64,000 bases of DNA, from the IMG/VR virus record IMGVR_UViG_2932480793_000001, positions 8,493-72,492 of that record; one strand, given 5' to 3'. Positions 17,797-27,061 of the stretch are shown one piece after another. Source of the DNA: a virus (Duplodnaviria; Caudoviricetes). The translations under genes were made by a program, and so were the position numbers. Below the pieces are notes generated by a model, which had not been told where the DNA came from, searched no databases, and worked only from the letters and a program-made list of their open reading frames with translations. Position 1 is the first letter of the stretch. Every line of letters begins with the position of its first letter.

Positions 17797-18675
17797 GTGG
17801 TGAGGGTGGTCAGCAGCAACCGGATAGCCGACGCGGCACGGCAACTCCCCGCCGCGCTCCGCCGCATCGAGCATCAAGCCGCCCACGACGCCGCCCAACC
17901 CCTCGCCCAAGCCCTCGCCGACGCCCAGCGAACAGCGACCCGGCAGTGGCTCCACGCCACCGACCGACAGGCCTCTCCGGCGCCCGGCGCCCTCGACCGA
18001 CTCGTCGCAGCCATCAAGCAGCTGCTCGCCGACGCGTTCCGCGGCAAAGGCAAGCTCGCCGCAGACAGCATCCGGATCGCCGCGTTCAACTCGGCCCAGC
18101 TCAGCGCCAGGCAGGCCTCCGCGCTCGCCGCGGCGATGAGCGGGGAACCCGTCCCACCGGTGCAGCCCGTCATCGGGCCAGAAGCTGCCGCCACGGCGGA
18201 CGCCGTACCCGCCGCGGTTGAGGAAGAGCACCACCGGGCCCTGGCGCTCCTCACGGCGGCGAGCGTCACCGCCCTCGGATTCGCCGGTGTCACCGGGGTG
18301 TTCAACCGGGCCTGGCGTGCCGTCACCCGCATCGCCCGTCACGCGGCCGTCGCCGTCACCAGCGCCGCCGCACACGCCGCCACAGCGGTCGCCCGCACCA
18401 TCGGGCCGACCACCCGACTCCTGTGGGTCGCCGAACCCGGGGCATGCCCGGCCTGCGCCGCCTACGCAGGGCGCAGCGTCGTCGCCGGCCGACGGTTCCC
18501 CGCCGCACTCAGCCTCGACCCGCGGCGCACCGTGTTCGCCACTGCCCCGCTGGGGCCCCCGCTGCATCCGCACTGCCGGTGCTGGACCATCCCCTACTCC
18601 CCCACCTGGCCCGTCGACGGCACACCACTACCCGCCCTGCTGCGCCGGGCCGCACGAACCGAACGGAGGGCCTGA
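17797..18675 (+). CDS. MuF-like minor head (head morphogenesis) protein
   Basis: LLWVAEPGACPAC and GPPLHPHCRC motifs; GTG start at 17797-17806 is uncertain. Confidence 0.85.
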   Translation: MVRVVSSNRIADAARQLPAALRRIEHQAAHDAAQPLAQALADAQRTATRQWLHATDRQASPAPGALDRLVAAIKQLLADAFRGKGKLAADSIRIAAFNSAQLSARQASALAAAMSGEPVPPVQPVIGPEAAATADAVPAAVEEEHHRALALLTAASVTALGFAGVTGVFNRAWRAVTRIARHAAVAVTSAAAHAATAVARTIGPTTRLLWVAEPGACPACAAYAGRSVVAGRRFPAALSLDPRRTVFATAPLGPPLHPHCRCWTIPYSPTWPVDGTPLPALLRRAARTERRA

Positions 18676-19211
18676 TGCCTCACGGGACCATGGGCGAGGA
18701 CAAGTTCGAGGAGTTTCTCGAACTCCACACGCAAGGGCTCGGCCGCAACGCGATCTGCCGCAAGATGGGGCTCACCGCGGCGGTCGTGTCGCGTACCGCA
18801 GAGCATCTCGGCGTGTCCTTCGACCGGTCGAGAATTCAGGCTGCCACCACTGCGCGTCTCGCTGACCTAGCCGAGCGGCGCAGCCTTCTCGCCGTCCAGT
18901 TCACCGAGGTTGCCGAAGATTCCCTGGACCGGATTCACAAGCCGACGACGGTGTACGCGTTCGGCGGGTCGATGAACACCTTCGCCGAGCACACCTTCGA
19001 CGAGGCGCCGGCCGCGGAGCGGCGGGCTCTGGTTGCCGCTGCGGGTGCGGCGACGGACCGGTCATTGAAGCTGGCACCGGCTGAGGCTGCGTCGAACCTG
19101 GACGGGGCGAAGTCGATGCTGGGGAATCTGGGGACCCTGCTGTCTGCGTACTCGCAGGAGATGGACGAGCAGGACGCCGAGGCTGAGGCCGAGTCCACGG
19201 ACCGGGCGTAG
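18675..19211 (+). CDS. Terminase small subunit
   Basis: N-terminal HTH (LHTQGLGRNAICRKMGLTAAVVSR); directly upstream of terL; TGATG coupling. Confidence 0.8.
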   Translation: MPHGTMGEDKFEEFLELHTQGLGRNAICRKMGLTAAVVSRTAEHLGVSFDRSRIQAATTARLADLAERRSLLAVQFTEVAEDSLDRIHKPTTVYAFGGSMNTFAEHTFDEAPAAERRALVAAAGAATDRSLKLAPAEAASNLDGAKSMLGNLGTLLSAYSQEMDEQDAEAEAESTDRA

Positions 19212-19214
19212 CCG

Positions 19215-20465
19215 ATGTTGGACACCCTCCCCTTGTCGCGGAAGCAGATCAGGTCGGTCGCTGAGTCGACGACGAAGATCTCGTGCTGGGAGGGTGCCAT
19301 TCGGTCGGGGAAGACGATCGCTTCGCTGCTGAAGTGGTTGATATTCGTGGCGAATGCGCCGTCGACGGGTGAACTCGTCATGATCGGCAAGACGTCGCAG
19401 ACGATCCATAGGAACCTGTTCCTGCCCATGCAGGACCCTGCCCTGTTCGGGGAGATCGCCCACCACATCCACTACACCCCAGGCGCGCCGACAGCCAGGA
19501 TCCTTGGCCGAGTTGTACACGTCATCGGCGCCAACGACGCCAAGTCGGAGCCGAAGATCCGCGGTATGACGGTGTGCGGGGCCTACGTCGACGAAGTGAC
19601 GCTGGTGCCGCAGATCTTCTTCGAGCAGCTCTACGGCCGCATGTCCGTGCACGGCGCCCAGCTGTTCTGCACGACGAACCCCGACAACCCGGCGCACTGG
19701 TTCATGCGGGACTGGCTGGCCCACGTCGGAACGAAGCCGGTGAGGCGGTTCTCGTTCACGATCGACGACAACCCCTTCTTGGATCCCGAGTACGTCGCCG
19801 ACATGAAGGCCTCTCACGAGGGTCTGTTCTACCGCCGGTTCATCCTCGGCGAGTGGGTGGCCGCCGAGGGCGCCATCTACGACTCGTGGGACCGTCAACG
19901 CCACATCGTCACCGCCCTGCCCCGCGAGGGCATCCACCGGTGGATCAGCCTGGGTGTGGACTACGGAACGAGCAACCCGTTCCACGCTGTGCTCCTCGGC
20001 CTCGGCCGGGACCGCCGGCTCTACGCCGCCGCGGAGTGGCGGTACGAGGCGCGGCAGACGAAGAAGCAGCTCACCGACGCCGAATACTCGCAGCGGATGC
20101 GGGCGTGGCTCACGGACGTGCCGGGGATCGGCCCGGTGCGCCCCCAGTTCGTGACCGTCGACCCCTCCGCGGCATCGTTCAGCGCCCAGCTGCGCCGGGA
20201 CCGGATGACGCCGACCGCGGCGAAGAACGACGTCATGGACGGCATTCGCACCGTCTCCTCCCTGCTGGCCGCCAACCGGCTGCTCGTGCACGCCTCCTGC
20301 AAGGACCTCATCACCGAGATCGGCGGCTACTCCTGGGACGACAAGGCCGCCCTCCGCGGCGAGGAGCGCCCCATCAAGGTTGCCGACCACGGCGTCGACG
20401 CCCTCCGCTACGCGATCTTCACTACTCGTGCCCTGTGGCAGCGCCAGCTCGCCCTGGCCGCCTGA
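19215..20465 (+). CDS. terL: Terminase large subunit (PBSX type)
   Basis: Walker A EGAIRSGKT, Walker B AYVDE, TTNP coupling motif, nuclease motifs GVDYG, DPSA and DHGVDALRY. Confidence 0.97.
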   Translation: MLDTLPLSRKQIRSVAESTTKISCWEGAIRSGKTIASLLKWLIFVANAPSTGELVMIGKTSQTIHRNLFLPMQDPALFGEIAHHIHYTPGAPTARILGRVVHVIGANDAKSEPKIRGMTVCGAYVDEVTLVPQIFFEQLYGRMSVHGAQLFCTTNPDNPAHWFMRDWLAHVGTKPVRRFSFTIDDNPFLDPEYVADMKASHEGLFYRRFILGEWVAAEGAIYDSWDRQRHIVTALPREGIHRWISLGVDYGTSNPFHAVLLGLGRDRRLYAAAEWRYEARQTKKQLTDAEYSQRMRAWLTDVPGIGPVRPQFVTVDPSAASFSAQLRRDRMTPTAAKNDVMDGIRTVSSLLAANRLLVHASCKDLITEIGGYSWDDKAALRGEERPIKVADHGVDALRYAIFTTRALWQRQLALAA

Positions 20466-20480
20466 CCGAAAGGACTCGTC

Positions 20481-22175
20481 ATGCCGCTGCCTCCGTCTGG
20501 GAACACCTCGTGGCCGCCGCCTCGCTTGGAGATTCCGCATGCCGACATGGACATGTGGCGGGCCTGGTACGCGGGTGACACCGGGCATTTGGCTCAGGTG
20601 TACGGCGGGCCGGCCGCGTACACGCGGAACGGTGTGGCGCGCGCTTTCTTCGACGTGGACCGGCGGCGGGCGGTGGGCGGTGATGAGCTGCGGATGTTCT
20701 GGGGTCAGGATCCGTCGCCGGGACAGCAGGCGGCGAAGTTGCATGTGCCGATCGGAGGGGACATTGCGGAGATGTCCGCGAACCTGCTGTGGGCTGAGGT
20801 GCCGCAGGTGACCGTCGACGTGGACTCGACGAAGAGCGACCTTGCGCAGTCGACGCAGGCACAGATCGGCCGGTACCTCGATGACCGGGGGCACGCGAAG
20901 TTCCGTGAGGCCGCCGAGCTGGCCGCCGGGTTGTCGAACGTGTACCTGCGGGTGGTGTGGGATGTGGAGCTTCGGCCGCGCCCGTGGCTGGACGTCATCC
21001 CGGCAACCGCGGTGGTCCCGGAGTGGCGGTGGGGCATGCTCGCCGCGGCGACGGTGTGGCGGGAGCTGGAGCCCCTCGCGGAAGGCGGGGATGTGTGGCG
21101 GCTCCTGGAGTACCACACCCCGGGATTCATCGAGTACGGGGTGTACCGGGGCGACAACAGCACCCTCGGCATGCTGATGGGGTTCGACGACCACCACGAG
21201 ACCGAGTTCCTGGTGAAACGCACCGACGCCCACGGCCGTCAGGCAACGGGCGTCGACCGCCTGCTGATCACGCACATGCCGAACGTGTTGCCCAACAGAA
21301 TCTGGGACGGTGTGCCGGACACGGCACCGCTGGGGCGCTCCGACTACGCGGGCATCGAGCCGATGATGGACGCCCTGGACGAGTCGTGGTCGTCGTGGAT
21401 GCGGGACCTACGGCTCGGCAAGGCCCGGGTGGTCGTTCCGCAGGAGATGCTCGACACGGACGGCCCCGGTTCTGGAGGATCCTTCGACCTGGACCGGGAG
21501 CTGCTCGTCTCGGTGAGCGGCTTCCTCGGTGACGAGAAGTCCATGAAGGACTCGATCACCGATGTCCAGTTCAAGATCCGGGTCGAGGAGCACGAGCGGA
21601 CGACGAAGGAGCTGCGTCGGCAGATCCTCTCCTCGGCCGGCTACTCGGCTCAGTCGTTCGGCGAGCAGGGCACGGTCGCGGTGACGGCCACGGAGATCGC
21701 GGCCCGTAAGGAGGAGTCGCTGACAACCCGGGGCTTGAAGATCCTGTACCAGCGTCCGGCGTTGTTGGAGGTGCTGACGACGATGATGTGGGTCGACGTG
21801 AAGCACTGCGGGGCGAAGAAGGTGGATCCGGCGGCGGAGCTGACGGCGTCGTGGCCTCAGGCGGTGCAGCCGGATCCGGAGGCCACCGCGCGCACCCTGT
21901 CGCTGCTGGAGTCGGCGGGGGCGATCAGCACGTACATGAAGGTGAAGATGCGGGAGCCGGCCTGGGATCACGCCGAGGTGATGGAGGAGGTGCGGCGTAT
22001 CCGGGACGACAAGACGCAGGAGACGCCGGCCGGGGATCCGTTCAACACTCGCGACGTAGATCCGAACGAGGAGCAGCCGGACGACGATGTTGAGCCGGGC
22101 TTCGATGAGGGCCAGGGCGAGGAGCTCGACGAGGAGCCGGTGGGCGGGGGCTCGCGGCCTACGTTGGCGGCTTAG
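20481..22175 (+). CDS. Portal protein (SPP1 gp6/A118-like)
   Basis: KLHVPIGGDIA, LGRSDYAG..DALDESWS and VTATEI motifs; follows terL. Confidence 0.93.
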   Translation: MPLPPSGNTSWPPPRLEIPHADMDMWRAWYAGDTGHLAQVYGGPAAYTRNGVARAFFDVDRRRAVGGDELRMFWGQDPSPGQQAAKLHVPIGGDIAEMSANLLWAEVPQVTVDVDSTKSDLAQSTQAQIGRYLDDRGHAKFREAAELAAGLSNVYLRVVWDVELRPRPWLDVIPATAVVPEWRWGMLAAATVWRELEPLAEGGDVWRLLEYHTPGFIEYGVYRGDNSTLGMLMGFDDHHETEFLVKRTDAHGRQATGVDRLLITHMPNVLPNRIWDGVPDTAPLGRSDYAGIEPMMDALDESWSSWMRDLRLGKARVVVPQEMLDTDGPGSGGSFDLDRELLVSVSGFLGDEKSMKDSITDVQFKIRVEEHERTTKELRRQILSSAGYSAQSFGEQGTVAVTATEIAARKEESLTTRGLKILYQRPALLEVLTTMMWVDVKHCGAKKVDPAAELTASWPQAVQPDPEATARTLSLLESAGAISTYMKVKMREPAWDHAEVMEEVRRIRDDKTQETPAGDPFNTRDVDPNEEQPDDDVEPGFDEGQGEELDEEPVGGGSRPTLAA

Positions 22176-22336
22176 CGGCGGCGGGTGCCTCGCCGGGCGG
22201 GGAGTGTGCGGTAGCCGGTGGTCTTGCCGTAGCTGCGCTTCCGGGCTCGGGCCCACCTGTGTGCGAAGCGCTGCTTGGTGGCGAAGGCCCAGCGCCACTG
22301 CGCCTGGGAGCGGACCTTGCCGCGTTGTCTGGCCAT
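22172..22336 (-). CDS. Small Arg-rich basic protein (54 aa)
   Basis: MARQRGKVRSQAQWRWAFATKQRFAHRWAR..; RBS GGAG; stop overlaps the portal stop. Confidence 0.7.
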   Translation of the reverse strand: MARQRGKVRSQAQWRWAFATKQRFAHRWARARKRSYGKTTGYRTLPARRGTRRR

Positions 22337-22574
22337 GGGGTTCTCCGTTCGTTGACCTGCCTGGAGTGTTCCCGCCGACCGCTGTGGCACAACGCCTCGG
22401 GCCCGCCTGATGGTTCAGGGCGGGCCCGATGGTGGCTTCTGTGTGCTCCCGGCAAGGTTCCACAGAAGCCGGGGTGCGCTCACGCGCTGGAAGCACTTCG
22501 AGTATGAGAGAAGGCGCGGTGCCCGTCCAGCGCTCTGGGACGAAATGCCCCGTCGCGGGTCTGTCCGGGCTGGA

Positions 22575-22982
22575 TCATCGCGGGGGCTCCTGGGTGGGCA
22601 GCGGGTTGACCTCGGGGTGGGTGTATCGGATCGGTTTGCCGAGGGATGTGGCGTATCGGATTTCCGCGCGGGTGCTGTCGCCGATGTAGTCGCCGACCAC
22701 GAGGACCTCGTCAGCAAGGCGGATCTTCGCCCGGTGCAGAGCGTCGAGGCTGGCCTTGAGCGGCTCGGCCTGCTCGGGGGTGCCCCACAGGGCGTGGGGT
22801 TCCTTCATGTTGCAGCCCGGGGCGACGACGATGTGGCCGGCGGCGGTCTCCTGGAGGTTCGCCTCCTGCATGTCGGCCATGAACCGGGTGCTGCCGCAGA
22901 TGACAACAATGCGGGGGATGTCGAGGGTCTGCTTGGCCTGGGCGAGTTTCTCCTCGGCGGTGAGGAGCTGCGGGTACGACAT
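22575..22982 (-). CDS. Nucleoside 2-deoxyribosyltransferase-like fold protein
   Basis: IVVICGSTRF..HRAKIRLADEVLVV..YIGDSTRAEIRYATSLGKPI. Confidence 0.7.
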   Translation of the reverse strand: MSYPQLLTAEEKLAQAKQTLDIPRIVVICGSTRFMADMQEANLQETAAGHIVVAPGCNMKEPHALWGTPEQAEPLKASLDALHRAKIRLADEVLVVGDYIGDSTRAEIRYATSLGKPIRYTHPEVNPLPTQEPPR

Positions 22983-23036
22983 GGGTCTCCTTCGGGATCG
23001 CGGGCCGCCGTGCCGTACACAGCAGCCCGGGGGCGG

Positions 23037-23411
23037 TCAGGTGGTGGGTGCGGGAAGCAGCGGCTCCCAGACGGCGCGCATGGTGTTGGCGCACTCGGTG
23101 AGCCAGGCGCGGACAGCCGACTCGTCAGCCGTAGTGATCGGCATCTCGGCGGAGCAGGCGATGGCCCTGCGCTGGAGGATGAAGAACAGCTTCAGCGTCT
23201 CAGCGTCGCCCTCAGGGTCGCCGCTGGCCTTCTCCCAGTCCCAGCGGTACAGGAGATTCATGTCGCGGTCGCCCCGGAAGAACAGAGTCTCGGTGAAGTC
23301 GGCCCAGGACTCGAAGAGGTTGTGCATGCCGGGCTTATAGAAGTTGCCCTCGGCGGCGTAGTACGGGTGGTCGGTCTCCCAGAGCGGGACAACGGTCTCG
23401 GGCGTGGTCAC
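23037..23411 (-). CDS. Hypothetical phage protein
   Basis: 124 aa; coupled; high GC3. Confidence 0.75.
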   Translation of the reverse strand: MTTPETVVPLWETDHPYYAAEGNFYKPGMHNLFESWADFTETLFFRGDRDMNLLYRWDWEKASGDPEGDAETLKLFFILQRRAIACSAEMPITTADESAVRAWLTECANTMRAVWEPLLPAPTT

Positions 23412-23683
23412 CGGGCCTCCTCGGGTGTGGTGGGCCAGGCGGCGAGGAGGTCCCGGCCGCAGTCGGGGTGGACGCAGATCCCGCCGTCGTCGAGGTCATC
23501 CGCGCCGACCTCGCGGAAGTCGGCGTACCGGGACACGGGGGCGGGCTTGTGGGCGAGGCAGTGGTGCAGCCGCCCCTTGTTCTGCCGGTAGCCGACAATC
23601 CCGGTCGCGGCGGCCCTGGCGATCTCCCGATCCGAGGCGAGTTCCGTCGCACCCACCCAGGTGTGCTCATCTCGTGCGCTCAT
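23408..23683 (-). CDS. Hypothetical protein with Cys/His motif
   Basis: MSARDEHTW.. start with RBS GAGGAG; HC..H and C....C residues. Confidence 0.7.
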   Translation of the reverse strand: MSARDEHTWVGATELASDREIARAAATGIVGYRQNKGRLHHCLAHKPAPVSRYADFREVGADDLDDGGICVHPDCGRDLLAAWPTTPEEAR

Positions 23684-23687
23684 CGGT

Positions 23688-23804
23688 CTACTCCTCGTTG
23701 TCGTTGTCATAGTCCCGCTCCCACCATTCGCGGTCACGGCGGGCCACCTCGGCCAGGGTGTCCTCCCACGGCGGCAACGGGGCCGGGGCAGGCGGCGGGG
23801 TCAC
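23688..23804 (-). CDS. Small hypothetical protein (38 aa, not in the ORF track)
   Basis: GTG overlaps the upstream TGA; MTPPPAPAPLPPWEDTLAEVARRDREWWERDYDNDNEE fills the gap. Confidence 0.55.
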   Translation of the reverse strand: MTPPPAPAPLPPWEDTLAEVARRDREWWERDYDNDNEE

Positions 23805-24286
23805 GGGGTGGGCTCGCCGTCAGGATGGGCGAACGCCCGGACTTCCACGGCCAGCCAGGCGGCGACCTCGTCGCGGGTGAGTTCCCCGCCGTGGACGGTG
23901 CCAGTCGGGTCGGCGTGAACGGCGTCAACCACGGCTTCACGCAGCGCGTCCGGGGGCGGCTCGTGCGCGGACCAGTCGACCGGGTACCCGGCACGGACCA
24001 ACCAAGCAGCCGCCTCGGACAGGGCCCTCCGTAGTCGGTCGACCTCGGCCAGCAGCTCCGGAACTGACTGCCGAGCGCTGGCGATGAACTGCACGTCCGC
24101 CTCGGACGCCCCGTCAGCGGACAAAAGCACTCGGGCTCCTGTCCGCCCGTCGCGCAAGGTCTCAACGTAGACCACCGGGCGACCGCCGCTTCCGTCAGCG
24201 ACAAGCCACGGCCCGTCGGTGACCTCATCGAGGTTGCGGTTCTGGATCTGCGACAGGCGGTCCGGGGTCATCGGGGTGTCGGTCAT
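23801..24286 (-). CDS. Ead/Ea22-like phage protein
   Basis: TDGPW..ADVQFIASARQSVPELLAEVDRLR motif. Confidence 0.7.
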   Translation of the reverse strand: MTDTPMTPDRLSQIQNRNLDEVTDGPWLVADGSGGRPVVYVETLRDGRTGARVLLSADGASEADVQFIASARQSVPELLAEVDRLRRALSEAAAWLVRAGYPVDWSAHEPPPDALREAVVDAVHADPTGTVHGGELTRDEVAAWLAVEVRAFAHPDGEPTP

Positions 24287-24651
24287 CGGGGTCCTTCCAG
24301 AGACAGGGCGGGGGTCAGGCGCTGCATCTGCTCGTCGATCAGGTCAGTCAGCCAGTCGGGCCGAATGACGTACCCGCGCGCGCCGTCGACGCGACTCTTG
24401 TTCCAGCTGGCGGTGGTGATCGGCTGGCCGGGCTCGCCGGACTTCAAGCGGCGCGGACCGATGACAGCGACGTAAAGCCAGGTGCGGTCGTTCTCGCTGC
24501 CCTCTATGCGCTTGACGACAATCTCCACTTGGGCGGGGATAACGACGCGTCCGGTCGACGGGTCGGTCAGGTCGGGGCGTCCGGATACGGGCACGACCAC
24601 TGTCGTCTCGGTGGCGCGGGTGAACGCGTCGGGCAGGAAGTGAATGGGCAT
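24283..24651 (-). CDS. Hypothetical phage protein
   Basis: 122 aa; GPRRLKSG motif; RBS GAGG. Confidence 0.7.
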   Translation of the reverse strand: MPIHFLPDAFTRATETTVVVPVSGRPDLTDPSTGRVVIPAQVEIVVKRIEGSENDRTWLYVAVIGPRRLKSGEPGQPITTASWNKSRVDGARGYVIRPDWLTDLIDEQMQRLTPALSLEGPR

Positions 24652-24681
24652 AGCCCAGTCCTCTCGTTGTATTGGCGAGGG

Positions 24682-25020
24682 TTAGGCCGCGAGTGCGAGC
24701 TTGGCAGCGACGAGGCGGTAAGCGGGCTTGCGCGCCTTGTAGTTGGCGGCGATGACCGCCACCTGGGCGCGGGTGAAGCGGAGGCAGTTCCGCATGTGGC
24801 GGCCGGCGTGGGCACGGCCTGCGGTTCCGAGGATGCCGAGCTTCGCGGCGACCTTGCGGAGGGTGCTGGCGACGGAGGTGGCGTCGCGGTGGGACAGGCC
24901 CTGGGCCATGGCGTGGGCGGCGAGGGTGCCGACGCCGTTTCGGCGGATGCGTGCGGCGGCCCGGTTGGCGGTCTGGCGGGCCTTCAGGGTGGCGCGGCGG
25001 GTTCGGTTGCTGGCGATCAC
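24682..25020 (-). CDS. Basic hypothetical protein
   Basis: 112 aa, R/A-rich; ends YKARKPAYR..LALAA. Confidence 0.7.
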   Translation of the reverse strand: MIASNRTRRATLKARQTANRAAARIRRNGVGTLAAHAMAQGLSHRDATSVASTLRKVAAKLGILGTAGRAHAGRHMRNCLRFTRAQVAVIAANYKARKPAYRLVAAKLALAA

Positions 25021-25149
25021 GAGTCCCCCTCGGGTGGTTCTTGCTGTTCACCCTCGCGCCCCACTAGCGATCATGTGTTGCGCTGGCGATGACTCAGACA
25101 GTACGCCTGAGGCATGGCCACCGCAAGTGGGTTGCGATAGATTGGTGCC

Positions 25150-25440
25150 ATGAATCCGACCCCGCCCCCCGAGTCCCCGACCCTGGAGGACATCGCCGCA
25201 GCAGGCGCCCGCCGAGTCCGCGACGCCGACCGGCTCAAGAAGTCCAGCGACGAACTCAAAGAACTCGTCCTCGCCGCCCTCAGGGCCGGAACCCACAAGC
25301 CCACCGAGGTCGCCAAGAAGTCCGGGTGGACCGGCGCCCACGTCAGGAAAATGGCGAGGGAAGCAGGTATCGAAGCCGACGATCGGTACAAGGAGCGGGC
25401 CGAACGGCTCCGCAAGGCGCAGACCGAGGGGCCCTCATGA
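25150..25440 (+). CDS. Small HTH DNA-binding protein
   Basis: KPTEVAKKSGWTGAHVRKMAREAG HTH; divergent from the gene starting at 25020. Confidence 0.75.
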   Translation: MNPTPPPESPTLEDIAAAGARRVRDADRLKKSSDELKELVLAALRAGTHKPTEVAKKSGWTGAHVRKMAREAGIEADDRYKERAERLRKAQTEGPS

Positions 25441-25842
25441 CCGACGCCTTGGTGGCCTTCCTGAAGGCCCGGTTCGACGACGATGAGCGGGTGGCGCGGG
25501 CCTGCGCCGGTGACGGGACGTGGACCGTCGAGGACCTGGAGGTCTACGCGCCCGACCTGTCGGACGATGTCCGCACCCAAGCAGCCCGCCAGGACCCGGC
25601 CCGCACCCTGCGGGAAGTCGAAGCGAAACGGGCCGTGCTCGCCGCATACTGCGCAGCTGCCAGCGCGCGCGGAGTCGGCTCGCCTGGCCCAGAAAGCACG
25701 CACCAACGGATGGGACACGATCATGGCCGAGCTTGAGGAAGCCTCAGCCATCCACAAGCGGGACGCCCTTCACGAGGTACTGCGCCTCCTCGCCCTCCCG
25801 TACAGCGACCACCCCGAGTACGAGGAAGCGTGGCGGCCGTGA
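25437..25842 (+). pseudogene. DUF6221-family gene split by a frameshift
   Basis: N-half MTDALVAFLKARFDDDE..DPARTLREVEAKR and C-half LRLLALPYSDHPEYEEAWRP lie in different frames; switch near the (GC)4 run at about 25663-25670. Confidence 0.75.
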
Positions 25843-26087
25843 CCCCGGACGAGGAGGCCCGGTTCTTCGCGCAGATCATCGGTGACGCGAAGCGCACCGT
25901 CCTGTGCGAACCACACCGGGTGGCCGAGATCCAGGACGTCGTCAACCGGCTCGGCATGGCGGGCATCGTGACGGTGACGGCCAGCCAGGTCTGCCCGGAA
26001 GGGAAGCTCCTGGTCATCGATGAGCAGGCCATGGAAGCGGCCTGTCGGCAGGGCGCGTCAAGGCCGATCCGGTTCCACGGAGGCTGA
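25839..26087 (+). CDS. Hypothetical protein
   Basis: GTGA overlap with the upstream stop; 82 aa. Confidence 0.6.
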   Translation: MTPDEEARFFAQIIGDAKRTVLCEPHRVAEIQDVVNRLGMAGIVTVTASQVCPEGKLLVIDEQAMEAACRQGASRPIRFHGG

Positions 26088-26138
26088 CCTTCCCCCGTTC
26101 CTCCCCCGCCATCCCTACTCTCCCGGCAGAATGCCCCC

Positions 26139-26321
26139 ATGGCGAGGTTCACGGTCCACGGTGCGACCCAACGCGAGTGCCAGGACGCCCTGGATGAGCT
26201 GCTGGCCGCCATGCCCGTGACCGTGGCCCTCCGCCCCGTCCGCTCCGCCACCGGGGCCTGGATCGCCCGCGCAACACGCAAGGCCCCGGACCAGCAGGTC
26301 AGGGGCTTTGCGGTGCGGTGA
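26139..26321 (+). CDS. Hypothetical protein (60 aa)
   Basis: RFTVHGATQRECQDALDEL..WIARA; good codon usage. Confidence 0.65.
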   Translation: MARFTVHGATQRECQDALDELLAAMPVTVALRPVRSATGAWIARATRKAPDQQVRGFAVR

Positions 26322-26522
26322 GCCGGAAGTAAACGCCTTGAGGTAGGGCGAGGTTTCGGGCGTTCACCCCATGGGGTGGTCCGCCGCGTTTTGGGTCCTC
26401 AAACGCTTACGGGTGTCGTTGATTCATCTGGAGCGCTATCGCGCTTTACGGTCGCGTCACCCCCGCCCTCACAGCCGGCACAGCAGAGCGGGTGGGGGTG
26501 ACGCCTCACAGAGGGATCAGCT

Positions 26523-26786
26523 ATGAACCATTCCCCTGCGGACCAGGGGTCTATCCCTGGCCGCGACCCGGCAGCGCCTGGTCGCAGTTCTCATCCGGCC
26601 ACCGACTCGGCGCTGGTCGTGGTGGGCGGCGCATCGTTCATCGAGCTTGTCGCCGTGGAGGGGTTGGAGCCCTGGTTGGCGATCGGGCCGGCTGTGACGT
26701 TGGTTGCGTGCTTGAAGCTCGCGGTGTATGCCCCGGCTGGTGTCGGGTTGTTGCGGGACAAGGTTCTGCGGTTCATCCGTTCCTGA
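26523..26786 (+). CDS. Putative small membrane protein
   Basis: RBS GAGGG; two hydrophobic stretches. Confidence 0.45.
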   Translation: MNHSPADQGSIPGRDPAAPGRSSHPATDSALVVVGGASFIELVAVEGLEPWLAIGPAVTLVACLKLAVYAPAGVGLLRDKVLRFIRS

Positions 26787-27016
26787 CCTCCTCCCCGTGC
26801 TGCGCCCCGGTTCGCCAGTTGCTCGCTGGCGTGCCGGGGCGTTTCGCTTGTACACGCTAAGTCAACGGCTATGAGGAATCACAGTTCTTGAATTTAGGAC
26901 GGTGTCACTCGTTTGGAGGATCTGATGCTGTGAGGCTAGTTACGACCCGCTGGGCTCTGACTATGCCTGGGGCATATGCCGGGAGTGGAATGGGGTCCAC
27001 GGCGCCACGAGCGCAC

Positions 27017-27049
27017 TGAGGCCCCGGAGCGGGTGCCCCGGGGCCTCGG
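27017..27049. terminator. Stem-loop at the left end of the transfer operon
   Basis: GAGGCCCCGG..CCGGGGCCTC inverted repeat between convergent units. Confidence 0.65.
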
Positions 27050-27061
27050 TACGCGGGCGAT

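Noticed and set aside
17651-22336. Invertase-controlled flipping of the packaging block
   Set aside because: No flanking inverted repeats or serine invertase noticed, and the gene order is not a simple inversion
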